A program made the position numbers and the translations under genes. Under the pieces are notes generated by a model that was not told the origin of the DNA, did not search any database, and worked only from the letters and a program-made list of their open reading frames with translations. A DNA stretch of 63,958 nt, filler included, from Trypethelium eluteriae (taxonomy: Eukaryota): assembly GCA_051942245.1 (NCBI GenBank). It is 3 parts of 3 records of this genome, joined end to end, with 100 filler letters (N's around TTAATTAATTAA, not from the genome) between each part and the next. Parts side by side here need not be neighbours in the genome. Positions count along the whole stretch, not along the records: positions 1 to 22,596 come from JAVECL010000440.1; 2 more parts are not named here. One strand, 5' to 3'. Shown here one piece after another: positions 1 to 13,354 of this stretch. The first letter of the stretch is position 1. Every line of letters begins with the position of its first letter.

Positions 1-336
1 CCCCACATAAACTGGGGAACGTGTTACAGCGGGAAACGCGTACGCGGCCAAAAGGGTGCCGATGCGGAGGCGGCTAAAAGGATACCACCAGATTCAATGG
101 CTACGGAGTTGCCTTTTTTAGGAGGTCACCCCCTACTGGGCGTATTGGGTCACTGGGTCCCAAACGTGGCAAATTCAGCTAGGTAGAATACCTTCCTGGC
201 CCGACGTGATGGAGCTCACACGCGCTTCACGTCTTCCTTTCCTCAACCGACACACCGGCACGTCATCCAGGTTCAGCAGATGTCCGGCAACGACGTACAA
301 TTTGGTACATCGCCGCCTCTGCCTCGACCTTGAGCG

Positions 337-3300
337 ATGGCTTGGAACTCCACGTCCCGTCCTGCCTTGAGGCAGTGCTTAGGGAGTACAGCTTTAGGCT
401 TTGAATTGACTCAACACCTGCTACGTGGATTTGGTGGTTAGTCATACTGTTCTAGAGATCTACGCGTAGACTAACATGCCCTTCAGCTGCTGTTCACGTC
501 CGCTCTCTGTACCGCCCCTCCCGCTGCTGGAATAGACAAATCAGGAACACTCTTCACAAACGCACAGCTAGAACAGAGGCAACCGTTGCCTCAGCTCAAG
601 CTTCTTCACCCACCTCGACTCCTTACAGCGAACTCATTGTTGGCATTCCCCGCGAGGCCTACCCCAATGAACACAGAGTTGCAATTACACCACAGAATAC
701 AGCACTTCTATTGAAGAAAGGCTTCAGACGCGTTCTCGTAGAGCGCGGCGCAGGCGTAGAGGCCCAATTCACGGACAATGCATTCGAACAGGCAGGTGCT
801 ACACTCGTAGAAAGGGAACATGTCTGGTCCGACAGTGATATTCTCCTGAAAGTTCGCGCACCGAGCTTCGAAGGCGCCAATAATGAAGTTGACTTATTGC
901 GGGAAAATGGGACCCTCATATCGTTCATGTATCCTGCCCAGAATAGAGCCTTGGTAGACAAACTCGCCTCCCGCGGTGCAAATTCGTTCGCAATGGATAT
1001 GATCCCTCGCATCTCGCGTGCCCAAGTCTTTGATGCCCTGAGGTAAATAATGCAATCGGTATCGTGTTGCTATTATTGGAGCTCTGACCTTGGCCTTTAC
1101 TAGTTCTATGGCGAATATCGCCGGATACAAAGCTGTCTTAGAGGCATCAAATCATTTTGGTAGTTTCCTGACTGGACAAGTCACCGCAGCTGGGTAAGCG
1201 ATATTCTTATGACTTCCCTGTACTGAAATCATGCTGATTATTGTTCTTCACCAATCCAGAAAGGTATGTCGCTCCTCCGCTAGATTGACGCCCCCATTTC
1301 GGTCTAATTATAATCTAGATACCCCCCTGTAAAATTCTTATTATCGGTGCAGGTGTTGCAGGATTGAGTGCGATTGCAACGGTACGTGTCTGTAAAAACA
1401 ATTAGATTGGGAGATTTGCTAACCATGTCCGCCCCTTAGGCCCGGCGTATGGGAGCAATTGTGAGAGCCTTCGACACACGTGCTGCGGCACGGGAGCAAG
1501 TTCAATCACTTGGTGCGGAGTTCATCGAAGTGAACTTAAAGGAAGAAGGCTCTGGAACTGGAGGCTACGCTAAGGAAATGTCAAAAGAATTCATCGAAGC
1601 TGAAATGAAGTTATTCATGAAACAGTGTCAAGAAGTGGACATCGTAATTACCACAGCATTGATCCCGGGCCGTCCAGCACCGAAACTGATTACAGAAGAG
1701 GTATGTCAAGCTGTGGGAGATGACACTTATCACTGTCTCATGCGTCGTTTAGATGATAGCCGCCATGAAACCTGGCTCTGTGATTGTGGACTTGGCTGCC
1801 GAGGCCGGTGGTAATTGCGCGAAAACCGTCCCTGGAAAGCTTGCGAAACACAACGATGTCACGATTATCGGTCTGTCTATCCTATCCCTAGACATCACAC
1901 AAGAGCTGACAGGATCTAGGCTATACGGACCTACCTTCGAGGCTTCCTACGCAGTCGTCCACCCTTTACTCAAACAACATTACCAAATTTCTTCTTTCCA
2001 TGTCTCCGCAAGACAAACACTTTGGCATCGACCTCACAGACGAAGTTGTTCGGGGATCGATAGTTACACAGGCAGGAGAAGTCCTACCTCCGGCGCCTCG
2101 GCCTGCGCCTCCCCCGGCTCCAACTCCCACTGCCACGATTCAGCCTGAGGCCAAGGAAGCACAAACTGTTGCGCTGACTCCATTTCAACAGCGATCGCGA
2201 GAAGTTGCTCTGGTCACGACCGGAATGGGAACTGCACTCGCTCTTGGCAAAGCTACCGGACCGTTGTTCATGGGTAATGTGTTTACGTTCGCACTCGCAG
2301 GGCTTGTTGGCTACCGTGCTGTGTGGGGTGTCGTGCCAGCTCTTCACTCACCACTAATGAGCGTTACAAATGCGATCAGTGGCATGGTTGGGATAGGAGG
2401 TTTCTTCGTTATGGGAGGAGGACTTGTTCCAGAGACATTTCCGCAGGTTCTTGGAGCTCTATCCGTACTCCTGGCGTTTGTCAATATCAGTGGAGGCTTT
2501 GTCGTCACAAAGCGAATGCTCGACATGTTCAAGCGCAAGTTGCTAATTTCTGATGATGAGTCGCAATTGTTGATGTGTTTGTAGGTCCCAGCGATCCTCC
2601 GGAATATCCTTACCTCTACGCTGTTCCTGGTCTACTTTTTGCCGGGGGTTACCTCGCCGCCGCATCCACTGGAATGGCTGGCCTGGTGCAAGCTGGGTAC
2701 ATTGTTAGCAGTGTCTTGTGCATTGGTACGGCCACCCTTTCCCCAAATCTGTGCATTCTTGGCTGAACTTTCGCAGGATCCATTTCTGGCCTTTCGTCGC
2801 AATTAACCGCTCGCCAAGGTAACATTTTGGGGATCTTAGGTGTTGGATCCGGCATCCTCGCCTCTCTGGCTGCTGTAGGGTTTCCACCCGATGTTTTGAT
2901 GCAATTTGCTGGAGTTGCTGGCGTTGGATCTCTGATTGGTGAACCCCTAGTTACCAGTTCAAAATGGACGGTACTGAAACTTCATTAGGACTCCTGATCG
3001 GTCGTCGGATTACGCCTACGGATTTGCCACAGACAGTGGCTGCCTTACACTCTGTTGTGGGTCTCTCAGCTGTCATGACAAGCATAGCCAGTGTCATGGC
3101 TCATATAAGCGAAATATCCGCATTGCATCTCGTGACAGGGTATTTGGGTGTCCTGATAGGTAATTTCCGCATCTTCTAATACCCTAACCTCACCGTATGC
3201 TATCTTTTAACCTTAAACGTAGGCGGCATTACCTTTACGGGCTCGGTCGTAGCATTTATGAAATTAGCCGGTCGAATGTCCTCGAGACCTCTCTATTTTC

Positions 3301-4591
3301 CCGGCCGTCACGTCGTGAACGCTTCCATGTTAGGAGCCAATGTAGCAACGATGGGAGCTTTCGTCACAATGGCACCTGGTGCACCAGCGGTTGCAGCGAC
3401 ATGCTTAGCTGCGAATACAGCACTAAGCTTTGCAAAGGGATACACGACGACAGCAGCTATTGGAGGTGCTGATATGCGTATGCCCTCATCATTTCCTCGC
3501 TTTGAGACATAAAACGCTAAGAACTCCGTACAGCCGTCGTTATCACTGTCTTGAATGCATACTCTGGTTTCGCGCTTGTTGCTGAGGGTTTCATGCTTGA
3601 TAATCCACTGCTTACGACAGTGGGTGCTCTGATCGGTGTTAGCGGTTCGATCTTGTCATACATCATGGTATGGACTTTGACAAAATCATCTCGCACACGG
3701 ACTGACTATCCTTGTAGTGTGTTGCGATGAACCGATCGATTACCAATGTCTTGTTCGGAGGAATCGCCGCTCCACCCCAGACCGACGCCAAGATCGAGGG
3801 GCAAATCACTAAAACGAATATCGACGAGACGGTAGAAGCTCTCTCGAACGCGGAAAGTGTGATAATCGTATGCTTGAAACTCCTCACATCTACAGAAGAT
3901 TCTCGCAAGAGACTGACCATTTGATAGGTAGTCGGCTACGGCATGGCAGTCGCGAAAGCCCAGTATGTCATCTCTGAGATTACTCACATTCTTCGCAACA
4001 GGGGAATCAAAGTTCGTTTCGCTATCCATCCTGTAGCCGGAAGAATGCCAGGTCAATGCAACGTACTCCTCGCTGAGGCGTCTGTACCTTATGACAGTAG
4101 GTTCCCGGGCTCTGAGGTTTGGCGTAATATTCTACCTCAACTCGCTAATCTGGTGATGCAGTTGTCCTCGAAATGGATGAGATTAACGATGACTTCCCCG
4201 ATACCGATGTGACTTTGATTATTGGCGCAAATGATACCGTCAACCCGTCCGCACTTGAGCCGAATACTCCCTTATCGGGCATGCCAATTCTGCGAGCACA
4301 CAAGAGCAAACAAGTCATCGTAATGAAACGTGGAATGTCTAGTGGTTACGGTACGTTGTTTTTGTAGCCGTGCTGACGCTGTAGAAAGGCTTTGCTCGCT
4401 AACATGGGTGCAGCGGATGTTTCGAATCCTCTATTCTACATGCCAGGAACAAGAATGCTCTTTGGGGATGCAAAAGACACATGCGAAGGTATGTTTTGTT
4501 TGCCTTTACTATTGTCCATCCTCACTGACGAGCTTGTCTAGGTATGAAGCGGGCTCTAGAAAAGACAAATATTTCGGCATTGGATATATGA
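337..4591 (+). CDS. NNT: Mitochondrial NAD(P) transhydrogenase, fused alpha-beta, multi-exon
   Basis: Spliced translation gives an Arg/Ser-rich presequence, then [89 protein letters not shown] and MLFGDAK. ATG at 337, stop TGA at 4589-4591. Many GT-AG introns. Confidence 0.95.
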
Positions 4592-5229
4592 TCTGACCTC
4601 TGTAAAACAATGGTCCCTCTTGCCGCTGGATTTCCACTGCATCTTTGGCTTCTGCTAGACCCTCTGTTTCGTAATCTTTGCATGGGCGAAGGCTTCAAAG
4701 CATTATGGCATCGGATTTCTTATTGCTTGAATGCGTGAGTCCAAATGTATCGTCATTGATGGCTTGACATCGTACCTTAGCGTCTGTTACGCACTTCATC
4801 TTGCATTTCTATGGGTACTGAGAATTTTTCTTGTATTCCTCACGTCAATATCTACTTGCACGGCTTGATCGCCCCTGGACATATAGTCATCTACTATACT
4901 GGTGAGACAAGCAGGTCAGCTCGTTTAGTATGCAGAAAACGAATGCCTGCGTCATGTACAATCTTCCACTCACACTTCCTCAAAAGAACAATTAGAGCAC
5001 AAAGTATGCTAATCGCACCAATTTTCCAGGGTTACATTGCTACAACTGAGGGGCCTCGGGAACATTTACAAAGAGCGAATCACTGGACTTCAAATATGTC
5101 TGGGATGGCGCAGCAACCTCTCTTCCAGGCAGCGGCATAATCCAACTCAACCTATGAGTCAATGACAGAAATGACCACAAGAGCTCGAATATGCAAAGTT
5201 ATCAAAAGAAAAACATGTTGAGTCCACCG

Positions 5230-8200
5230 TCAAGACCCGTCAGCCTTTTTCGTTGCACAAAGTGGGCTAGTCTCAACAATCCTTTCCACCAAGGACGCAA
5301 TTGATGGGAATCCCAGCAACACTGGCATGCTAATGTTCACTTCCAGTTCTTTTGTCAACCAATTTCTTACTTCAGCGGAAACCAGCGAGTCGAACCCATA
5401 GTCCTTCAGCTGCTTCTGTGGTACCAAGTCTTCGCGAGGAATCATCATGACCCTTGACAGCTTTTCCATCAAGCCATCCATCGCAACCTCGGGAACTGCA
5501 TTCGGGTCAGGGCTAGCGCGAGCTGCTGCTAGGCGGTTTCGTAATGATGCCCCCTTTTCTCCGCTTTGCATTTGAGCCGATCCAGCAGAAGCATCCAAAT
5601 GGAAGACTTGCTTGTATAGCTTTCTCAGGTGGCTAAAATTGGGGGTTGAATATGCGGCCCCCTCGACATCAGCTGAAGTGTCAACAACGATTCCAGCAGC
5701 ACACTGCACCGGGTCGCCAGCGGCACCGAGTCTCAATTGCATGGCGGCATCGATGACACTTATGATGTTCTTCTCATTAAGATGGAATCCGGCATGAGCG
5801 CTCATGATTCTTTTTCGGAAATCCTCGTCCTGAATGCTTACATACCCGACTTCCGTGACAACACCAATGTCGATTACACTCGCGGGGAGACCACGTTCGT
5901 GAAGGTGATGCGCGTATCCATCGAGGAAGGTACTGGTAGAGGCATAAGGTGTCTGACCATGAGAACCTCGCAGGCCGCCGATACTAGACAAAAAGACCAA
6001 GAAGTCAAGGGGACGATCACACAGCAGATCGGTCAAATTCAGAGCGCAGTGGACTTTGGGCCTGATTTGCTCCATGAAGAAGTTGCAAGTCATGCCTTCG
6101 AAAATGCGATTCTAGGCATTTTTAGTTCAAGGTCGACTGAAAAGACTGGGTGGATTCTGGAAGTTTGCACGTACCTCGAGATGCATTGCACCATGAATGA
6201 AGCCACGAATCGGGGGCAATTCTTGTTCGCAATCTTTGATCACCCGCACCAGATCTTCGCGCACGCCTACGTCGCACTTTTTGATCGTGACCCGAGTGCC
6301 CATCTGTGCAAGTTCTTCGACGAGCTTGGATGTCTGGTCTTTATTACCGCCACTACGCGAGAGGAGAACCACAGACTTTGCACCACGATTGGCAAGATGC
6401 CTACAAGTCGACATACCGATACCGCCAGTCCCTCCTGTGATAAGATAAGATGCATCTTCCCTAAGGATCAGACCCTTCGGGGGCGGTTGTTGTACCTGAT
6501 CATAAATCGTCAGCTCTACAGCACATTACAAGCTCGTTTCGATCGTTACGTACCATCACCTCTTGTCTAGCATCGACATCAATGATGAGCTTGCCCATCG
6601 TTTTACCGCTTCCCAGTAGTCGAATAGCTTTCGGCAAATCTGCCAAACCGAATTTTGCGATTGGCTTGGATGCCTGCAGTCTACCTTCCGAAACAAGGGA
6701 CGTGACGGTGCGAACTAGTCTTCCGAAGATCTCCGGTTTCTCATAATATATCTGTGCGAGATCGACGGCCCTCAAGGTGACATTCTTCAAAAGTTGGGAC
6801 ATGCCGATTCTCGAGTTCGCCAGGATATCCTTCTTGCCTACCTCCAAGAATCGTCCGAAGGGAGCTACGCACTCCCAAGAGTACCGAAGCAGATCACCAG
6901 CCAGGGAGTTGAGCACGACGTCAACACCTTTGCCGTTCGTTGCCGCCAACAATTCGTCCTTAAACGCAGCTTTCCGACTATTGAAGATATGACTTCGAGG
7001 GACATCATACTCGTTGAAGAGGAGGTCAGCTTTTTCAGAAGTGCTCACCGTCGCATATACAGTAGCACCGATCATATTAGCTATCGAAATTGCTGCCTGG
7101 CCTAGGGACCCGGCACCTGCATGAATCAGGATGCTTTCACCCGCTTGCAAGTTTCCGGCATCAACCAACGCATAATATGCTGTGCAATGAGCGCTCATCA
7201 GCGTTGCCGCAACATCGTAAGGGATATTATCGGGAATTCGGTTGACACAGTCAGCATTGACTCGAGGGCGGGTTGACATCTCGGCCATTGTGCAGACGCG
7301 GTCTCCGGGTCTGATACCTGTCACATTGCTCCCAACCTGGCAGACGATTCCGCCTGTGTCGAAGCTCATATCGCCGCTCATTTGTCCCAAAGCAATAAGA
7401 ACAGCACGGAAGTTTAGACCAAATACCTTCGGTTCAATTTCCACTTCATCTGGCTTGAGCTCTTCGTGGTCACGGCTATCTTCTGCAAAATAGAAGGAGT
7501 CCGGATTGCCTGAGTGTGCGAAGCCGATTGTTTGCGCCTCATGCAATGCGAATGGGTCTTGTAGTTCCATATTCGCACGCTTCTCCTCACGCAGCAAATC
7601 CGATGCAGTTGGCTCGCTCATAAGTCGCGGGACGTACAGAATACCGTTTCGCTCTTGAAATTCGACCTCAGCGCTGAGTTCGGTATCTTTGCTCAGGATG
7701 CATTTTTCCACGATAGTTCCGATTAGGCTGAGGATGCCCTCATCTGAAAACTTCGAACCAGCGTCAAGGTCAAGTGTTACGACTTGCAACGCAGTCAGCT
7801 CGTTGCGCAGAGTGTTTGCAAATCCGGACACCATGTGCATGCTTGGTCTACCCGATCCCGCCCCATGAGTGATCCAAAGGATGGACTTGGCTGCAGTTAA
7901 GGCTTGCAGACTTTCGAAAGTTCTTTCGTTCGGTTCGAACAGAATACTTTGTTCAGACTTATCGAGAATGATGCACAGGGAGTCTGCTAGATCTTCTCGT
8001 TGGAGCGAGACAAAAGGAATCATCCTTGGACTTGACTTGCTCAGGCTTGCTAAAGCGGGTCGCAAAGCAGATGGTTCGCTTGCATCTTCGGATCCGTGAT
8101 AAGCTAAGACGATTTCTAGCGAAGCCTGAGTAGTATGGTCTTCCGGAATCCTTGAAGTGATGAGATTGGTTTGGTGCTGCTCCGGAACGTCATAGTCAGG

Positions 8201-11200
8201 GATACACATTTCGACCCCAGCAGGAAAGCCGCTCTGCATAAGGACTTCATGCCACTGGTCCTCAGTCATTAGGGGCCCATCACACCTAAAAGGCTTCCCA
8301 GCGACTCCTGTAAAGTCTTCGTCAGTCGACAACCACCAGCCTGGTGTCATCGCGAACGGAAAACCAGCCAAAGGCAGCTCGATCCCTTCAAGCAGCAGAA
8401 GTACCCCACCAGGCCGAAGCAATGATCGTACGTTGCTGAGTGTATGTCGAATGTCAGCCGTAGCATGCAAGACGTTTGATGCTACAACCAAATCGTAACA
8501 GCCTGTCTCAAACCCTTGGTCGGAAGGGTTCTGTTCAACGTTCATAACCTTGTAAGTCACCTTGGAGCCTAAAGAACCAAACTTTGATTGAGCAGCCTGG
8601 AAAAAGCCGGCAGATATGTCGGTAAACAAGTATTCCTTAAAACGAGCATAGGCAGGGTCGGTCGTGTCTTGCAGCTTCTCTAGGATCGGCAACGTGACGC
8701 CACCAGTTCCCCCACCAACTTCAACAATTCTCACGTTGGGATTCTGACGTGACAAGGCGTCCAAGTAGGACGCAGCCACTTCATAAAGGCGTTTTAGAGG
8801 ACGATGGTCCTGATACATTTTGCTCAGCCGATCCTCCTCCACCATGACGGCCACAGCATCGGCTTTCCCTGTCAAAATTTCAGGCGCGTGGTCTCCAACT
8901 TCACAGAAAAAGTCTGCGTAGGGCCCCATACGGCAAACTTTTTCAAGCAACAGCGACTTTTCTTCCTGGGAAACTCTGGACCACTTTGCATCTATACCGG
9001 GTTCATGGCCGTTCTCGATCCGTTCGCACTGTTTTCCCGCCCATTGGTAAAATCTTCTGAGATGTGTAGCATCCTCTGGAATTTGTGAGAAGGGAACGGT
9101 GCTGATGGCATGCTTCAGAACAAGAAAAGCTGCGATATAGTGGTCACGCAGCCATTCCACGTCATCTGCAGCTGCAGGCAGAAAGCTGGAGAACTTGTCC
9201 TTTGCCTGAGCGGGTGTCAACATAGACACCACTGGCTGCAATGTTGGCTTTGCGCATGCAATTGACCGTAGCATCTCGGTGTTTTCGTCAATCTCGGTCC
9301 GTGGTTCAAAAACAGAAAACTCTAGACCTTCTGCTACGATCAAGGTCTGCGTCATACCACCAGCTTCGGAATATCCCTGAAATTGAAAATGTCTATCACC
9401 GAACATCATCTCGGTTGGATTAGCGAGGGCGTTGACTACAAATTGCTCACCGAAATGCGAGCGACCCGCCAGAGATACGGTTAGCGACTGTATTCCCTTG
9501 GGAATCGCTTGACCCTCTCCTTCAGAGATTACGACGGTCGCAGCGACTTGAAAGCATCCATCCAGGACTGTCGGGTGAATTATGTACTCAGATTCAGCAT
9601 GTTGAGACATAGTGGATGCAGTGTCCAGAGCTTGAATGGTGCCTCTCGCGAAAGGGGGATCGCAGCGGAAATCCTTGACGGGTCTGAACACTCCTTTTAA
9701 AACATCCTGGACGGGCCCGATATCGTAAAAATCTAACGGAGTAGTGCAAAGGACATCATTATCTGCGTAGTCTTTCTTGCAGATGGAATCGGACGAAAGC
9801 TGGGAAGGCTCTTCCAAATGCCCTGATATCAGTCCGTGGCAATGCTGAGTGTAACCATTGCTTTTGGTCCACGACAGAATCTTGAACTGATCCCAGTCAG
9901 ACGAGTAGCCAAACTCTGCTTCAAATGGAGCGAGATAGGTAAGTATCTCAACGTCTTGAGACTCTTCCATTACTAAAGCTGAGGAAAAGGATACGTCCCT
10001 GACTGTAATGGCCTTGTATCCGGAGGCTGAAGCGCAACTCCTGTGCTTCGCTTCAATAGCCATGGACACATAACAAGCTCCTGGAAAGACGATGTCGCCC
10101 TGAAGTCGATGGTCTGCAAGCCATGGCACCATAGAGCTCACATTTAGGACATTTCTCCATGTCATGTGCAGAGGAGTGGACTGGGACGTCAGCTGTCCAA
10201 GAAGATCGTGTTGTGGATATTTTTGGAATAATTTATTCTCTGCAAGTCGAGAGTTAGCACAATAATCGGCATTGTGCATCCAGGAGTAGGTTGGTAGGTC
10301 GTGGAGCACCTGTGGCAGAGCACCGTGGCCGGCCGTGTCGTTGATGGCCCCTAAAGAGATTGGAAGACCCTTGACAAAAAGCTGCGAGGCAAGACTGAGA
10401 ACACTCTCAACACCGGACTCGTCACGCTTGATGGTGGCAAGATAGCTGACATCTTCTCCCATGCCAGCACTCTTAATTGTTTGCAAAGCTGGTTGTCTCA
10501 GAGCAGGATGAGGCCCTATCTCGATAATCACATTGGGACGCCAGCCTGGATTATCGGAATAGGGCTTCGAGAACAGTTGCTCAATGCCCTTCGTAAAGTT
10601 CACCGGCTCCAGCAGATTGTCGACCCAGTAACGCTCACTGAGCTCTGATGGAGCTGCGACACGACCTCTGAGTGAGGAAGAGAACGAGATGTCCGCGTTA
10701 TGATTAGGCTGTATGGACCCAATCCCATGGGCGTATGCCTGTTCGACTGCTTTCATGTGCTATTGCGTGTCAGTACCTATCATGGGCCATGATGTGTTTG
10801 ACCGGGTGGGGTGGTAATGCTTACATGGGAATGATATGCGACATCGACCTTCAATAAGCGAGCAAATATGCCGAGTTCATCAGCAAGTTTCTTCGCTGTT
10901 TGGATCGCGTGCATGTCCCCAGATAACGTCACGCTGCCAGGAGAGTTTATGCAGGCAATTTTGACCTGGCCGTCCCTAATACGAGAGATGAGGTTTTGAG
11001 CATGGATGTATCCGACACCAAGTGCGAGCATGCCTCCCTGAAGCTCTGACACGCCATTGCAGAGCTCTGCAGCAGCCAATCCTCTGAAGTAGGCGAGCTT
11101 GATACAGTCCTGTTTGGAAAGGGCCCCGGCGGCATAGGCAGCAGCTATCTCTCCACTAGAATGGCCATTTACAACACCCGGTCGGATATTCCAAGCTGCC

Positions 11201-13354
11201 AGCATATCAACGAGAGCAACTTGCACGCATGTTGTAAGGGTCTGAGACATCTCTGCTGTCATTATCAAGGAATCGACCTTCGACTTGCTCAGTTCGTGAG
11301 AGAGCGACCATTTGACGCCGAGGGAGTACAGGTATTCCTCAGATTCTCGCACACTTTCTCGAAATTCGCGAGACCATTGGTAAACGTCGTAACCCATGCG
11401 AGGCCATGCCGCTCCCTGGCCCGTAAAGACGAAAGCTATCCTCGGCTCATCAATAGCCTGCCCTTTAACCGCTGTGCGGCTTTGTAGGCCTTGAAAGATA
11501 TCCCTATGCATTGCCGCCACCAAGATTGCTCGCCACGGGAACAATGACTTGCGCTCGCCCAGCGTATATGCCAAATTGTTCAGAAAATTTGGATCATAAA
11601 TTGCATTACGCATATACGCATCCAGCGCAGTCAATCCGTCGTCGAGCGACTGCTGCGTGCGGGCTGATATGACGAAAAGACGGTGGCGTGAAATGTTAAT
11701 GACGGCGCCGGTTTTTTCAACAACCGTCTTCTCGAGCGAATTTTGGGCTTCTTTTACTTGTTCCTTTTCGCCCAGTCTGATCTCTGAATGACCATTGACA
11801 TGATTTGTAGGCGGTCGGACACCATTGGCGCCCTTGAATTCTCTGTAGAATTGCGCAAGACGCGTATTACCTTCGCCATTGATGGTCGCGAGCGTGTACT
11901 CCTGGTCAGGGATGTACTCTTGCAAGATCACATGGGAATTTGCGCCACCGAATCCTATTTATATCAGCCAAAGCACAGCAATAATCTAGCACGAAGAATC
12001 TACCGGAGCTGTTGATCGAAATGGTCCGTCGCTTGCCATTTTCAGACCGCCACGGTTGAAGGTAGGAGCAGACCTAAAAAGATCTCATCAGAGCGCCCTT
12101 CAATAATTGTCACAACGTGACTAACGTACCTGTAGGTTATGTTTCGATGGAGGGTATCGTGTATTCTCCTCTTCAAAATCCGCATTCGGGAAAAAGAGTG
12201 CCTTTTCGATCATGAGAACGGATTTGATGATGGACGCAAGACCGCTTGAGCCTTCCAAATGACCTATGTTACTTTTCACCGACCCAATGAGAACCTTTTT
12301 GTCAGGCGAAGCCCTTCCAAAGGTACGCCCGAAAGCCTGGATCTCGACAGGATCGCCGACACCTGTGCCTGTACCATGGCCCTCAACGAAATCCACATCA
12401 GCAAGGTTCAATCTCGCCTTACGATACGTTTCTCGAATGAGGGCCTCTTGTGCGTCAACGGATGGTGCTGTCAAGCCACCGGAACGCTTCCCGTTCTGGT
12501 TGATGCCCGTGCCACGAATCAGCGCTCTGATCGGATCACAATCATGCAAGGCAGCAGCGAGCGGCTTCAATAGTATTGCAAGAGTACCTTCACCACGACC
12601 GTAACCAGTTTGAGCCCTATCATCGTATGAGAAGCATTTACCACTGTTACAGTGGAGTCCAAGGGTAGACAAAGACAGCCAATCATCTGGTGCAGTTATC
12701 AAATGGGACCCAGCTACGATGGCTGACTCGCAATCCCCGCGCTGCAGGTCTTGGACAGCTAGATGTAGGGCAGTCAGTGCACTGGAACATGCTGTGTCAA
12801 CGGTGAAGCTAGGTCCATGCAGATTGAAGAGATAAGAAATCCGGTTTGAAAGCATGACCGAAGAGGTTGACGTTGCCATGAACATTGATGAAGCTTGATG
12901 GTCTTGCTCGGCTAGGGAGAGGGTGTTGACCATGGTATTAGAAACAAAGACACCCATGTTACGACCAGATACCGACTCGAGAGGCATACCAGCTGTCTCA
13001 AGGGCCTCGTAAGAAACCTCGAGTAGTTGTCTCTGCTGAGGGTCCATGGCATTGGCCTCGGCAACGGAGAGGTTGAAGAATGGAGCGTCGAACTTTTTAA
13101 CGTTTCCGTCGACGAAATGCGCCCCTTGCGAGTTGAACTGGCCTCTTCGCGCTGGATCAGGATGATAGAATGCCGAGCCATTGAATCTATCTTCCGGGAC
13201 TTCGGACCATGTGTTCGTTCCAGTCATCAAAGTGTCAACCAACTCGTCCAGGTTCCCTCCACCTGGAATTCGGCACGACTTTGATCGTCAGCATCTGTTT
13301 GCAAGGGCCATCAGGAAGGCTTACCAAGCCAATGATAGCAATTGGTCCGGTCAT
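5230..13354 (-). CDS. Highly reducing iterative type I polyketide synthase 1 (KS-AT-DH-cMT-ER-KR-ACP)
   Basis: Starts [144 protein letters not shown]. The exons checked join in frame; no TE/R domain. Confidence 0.95.

Noticed and set aside
711..4596. Fragmented NNT, PKS and P450 ORFs as frameshifted pseudogenes
   Set aside because: The breaks checked coincide with spliceable introns that restore conserved motifs.
5737..6570. 277-aa plus-strand ORF and many other antisense ORFs over PKS, P450, kinase and methyltransferase genes
   Set aside because: Shadow frames of real genes with no recognisable motifs.
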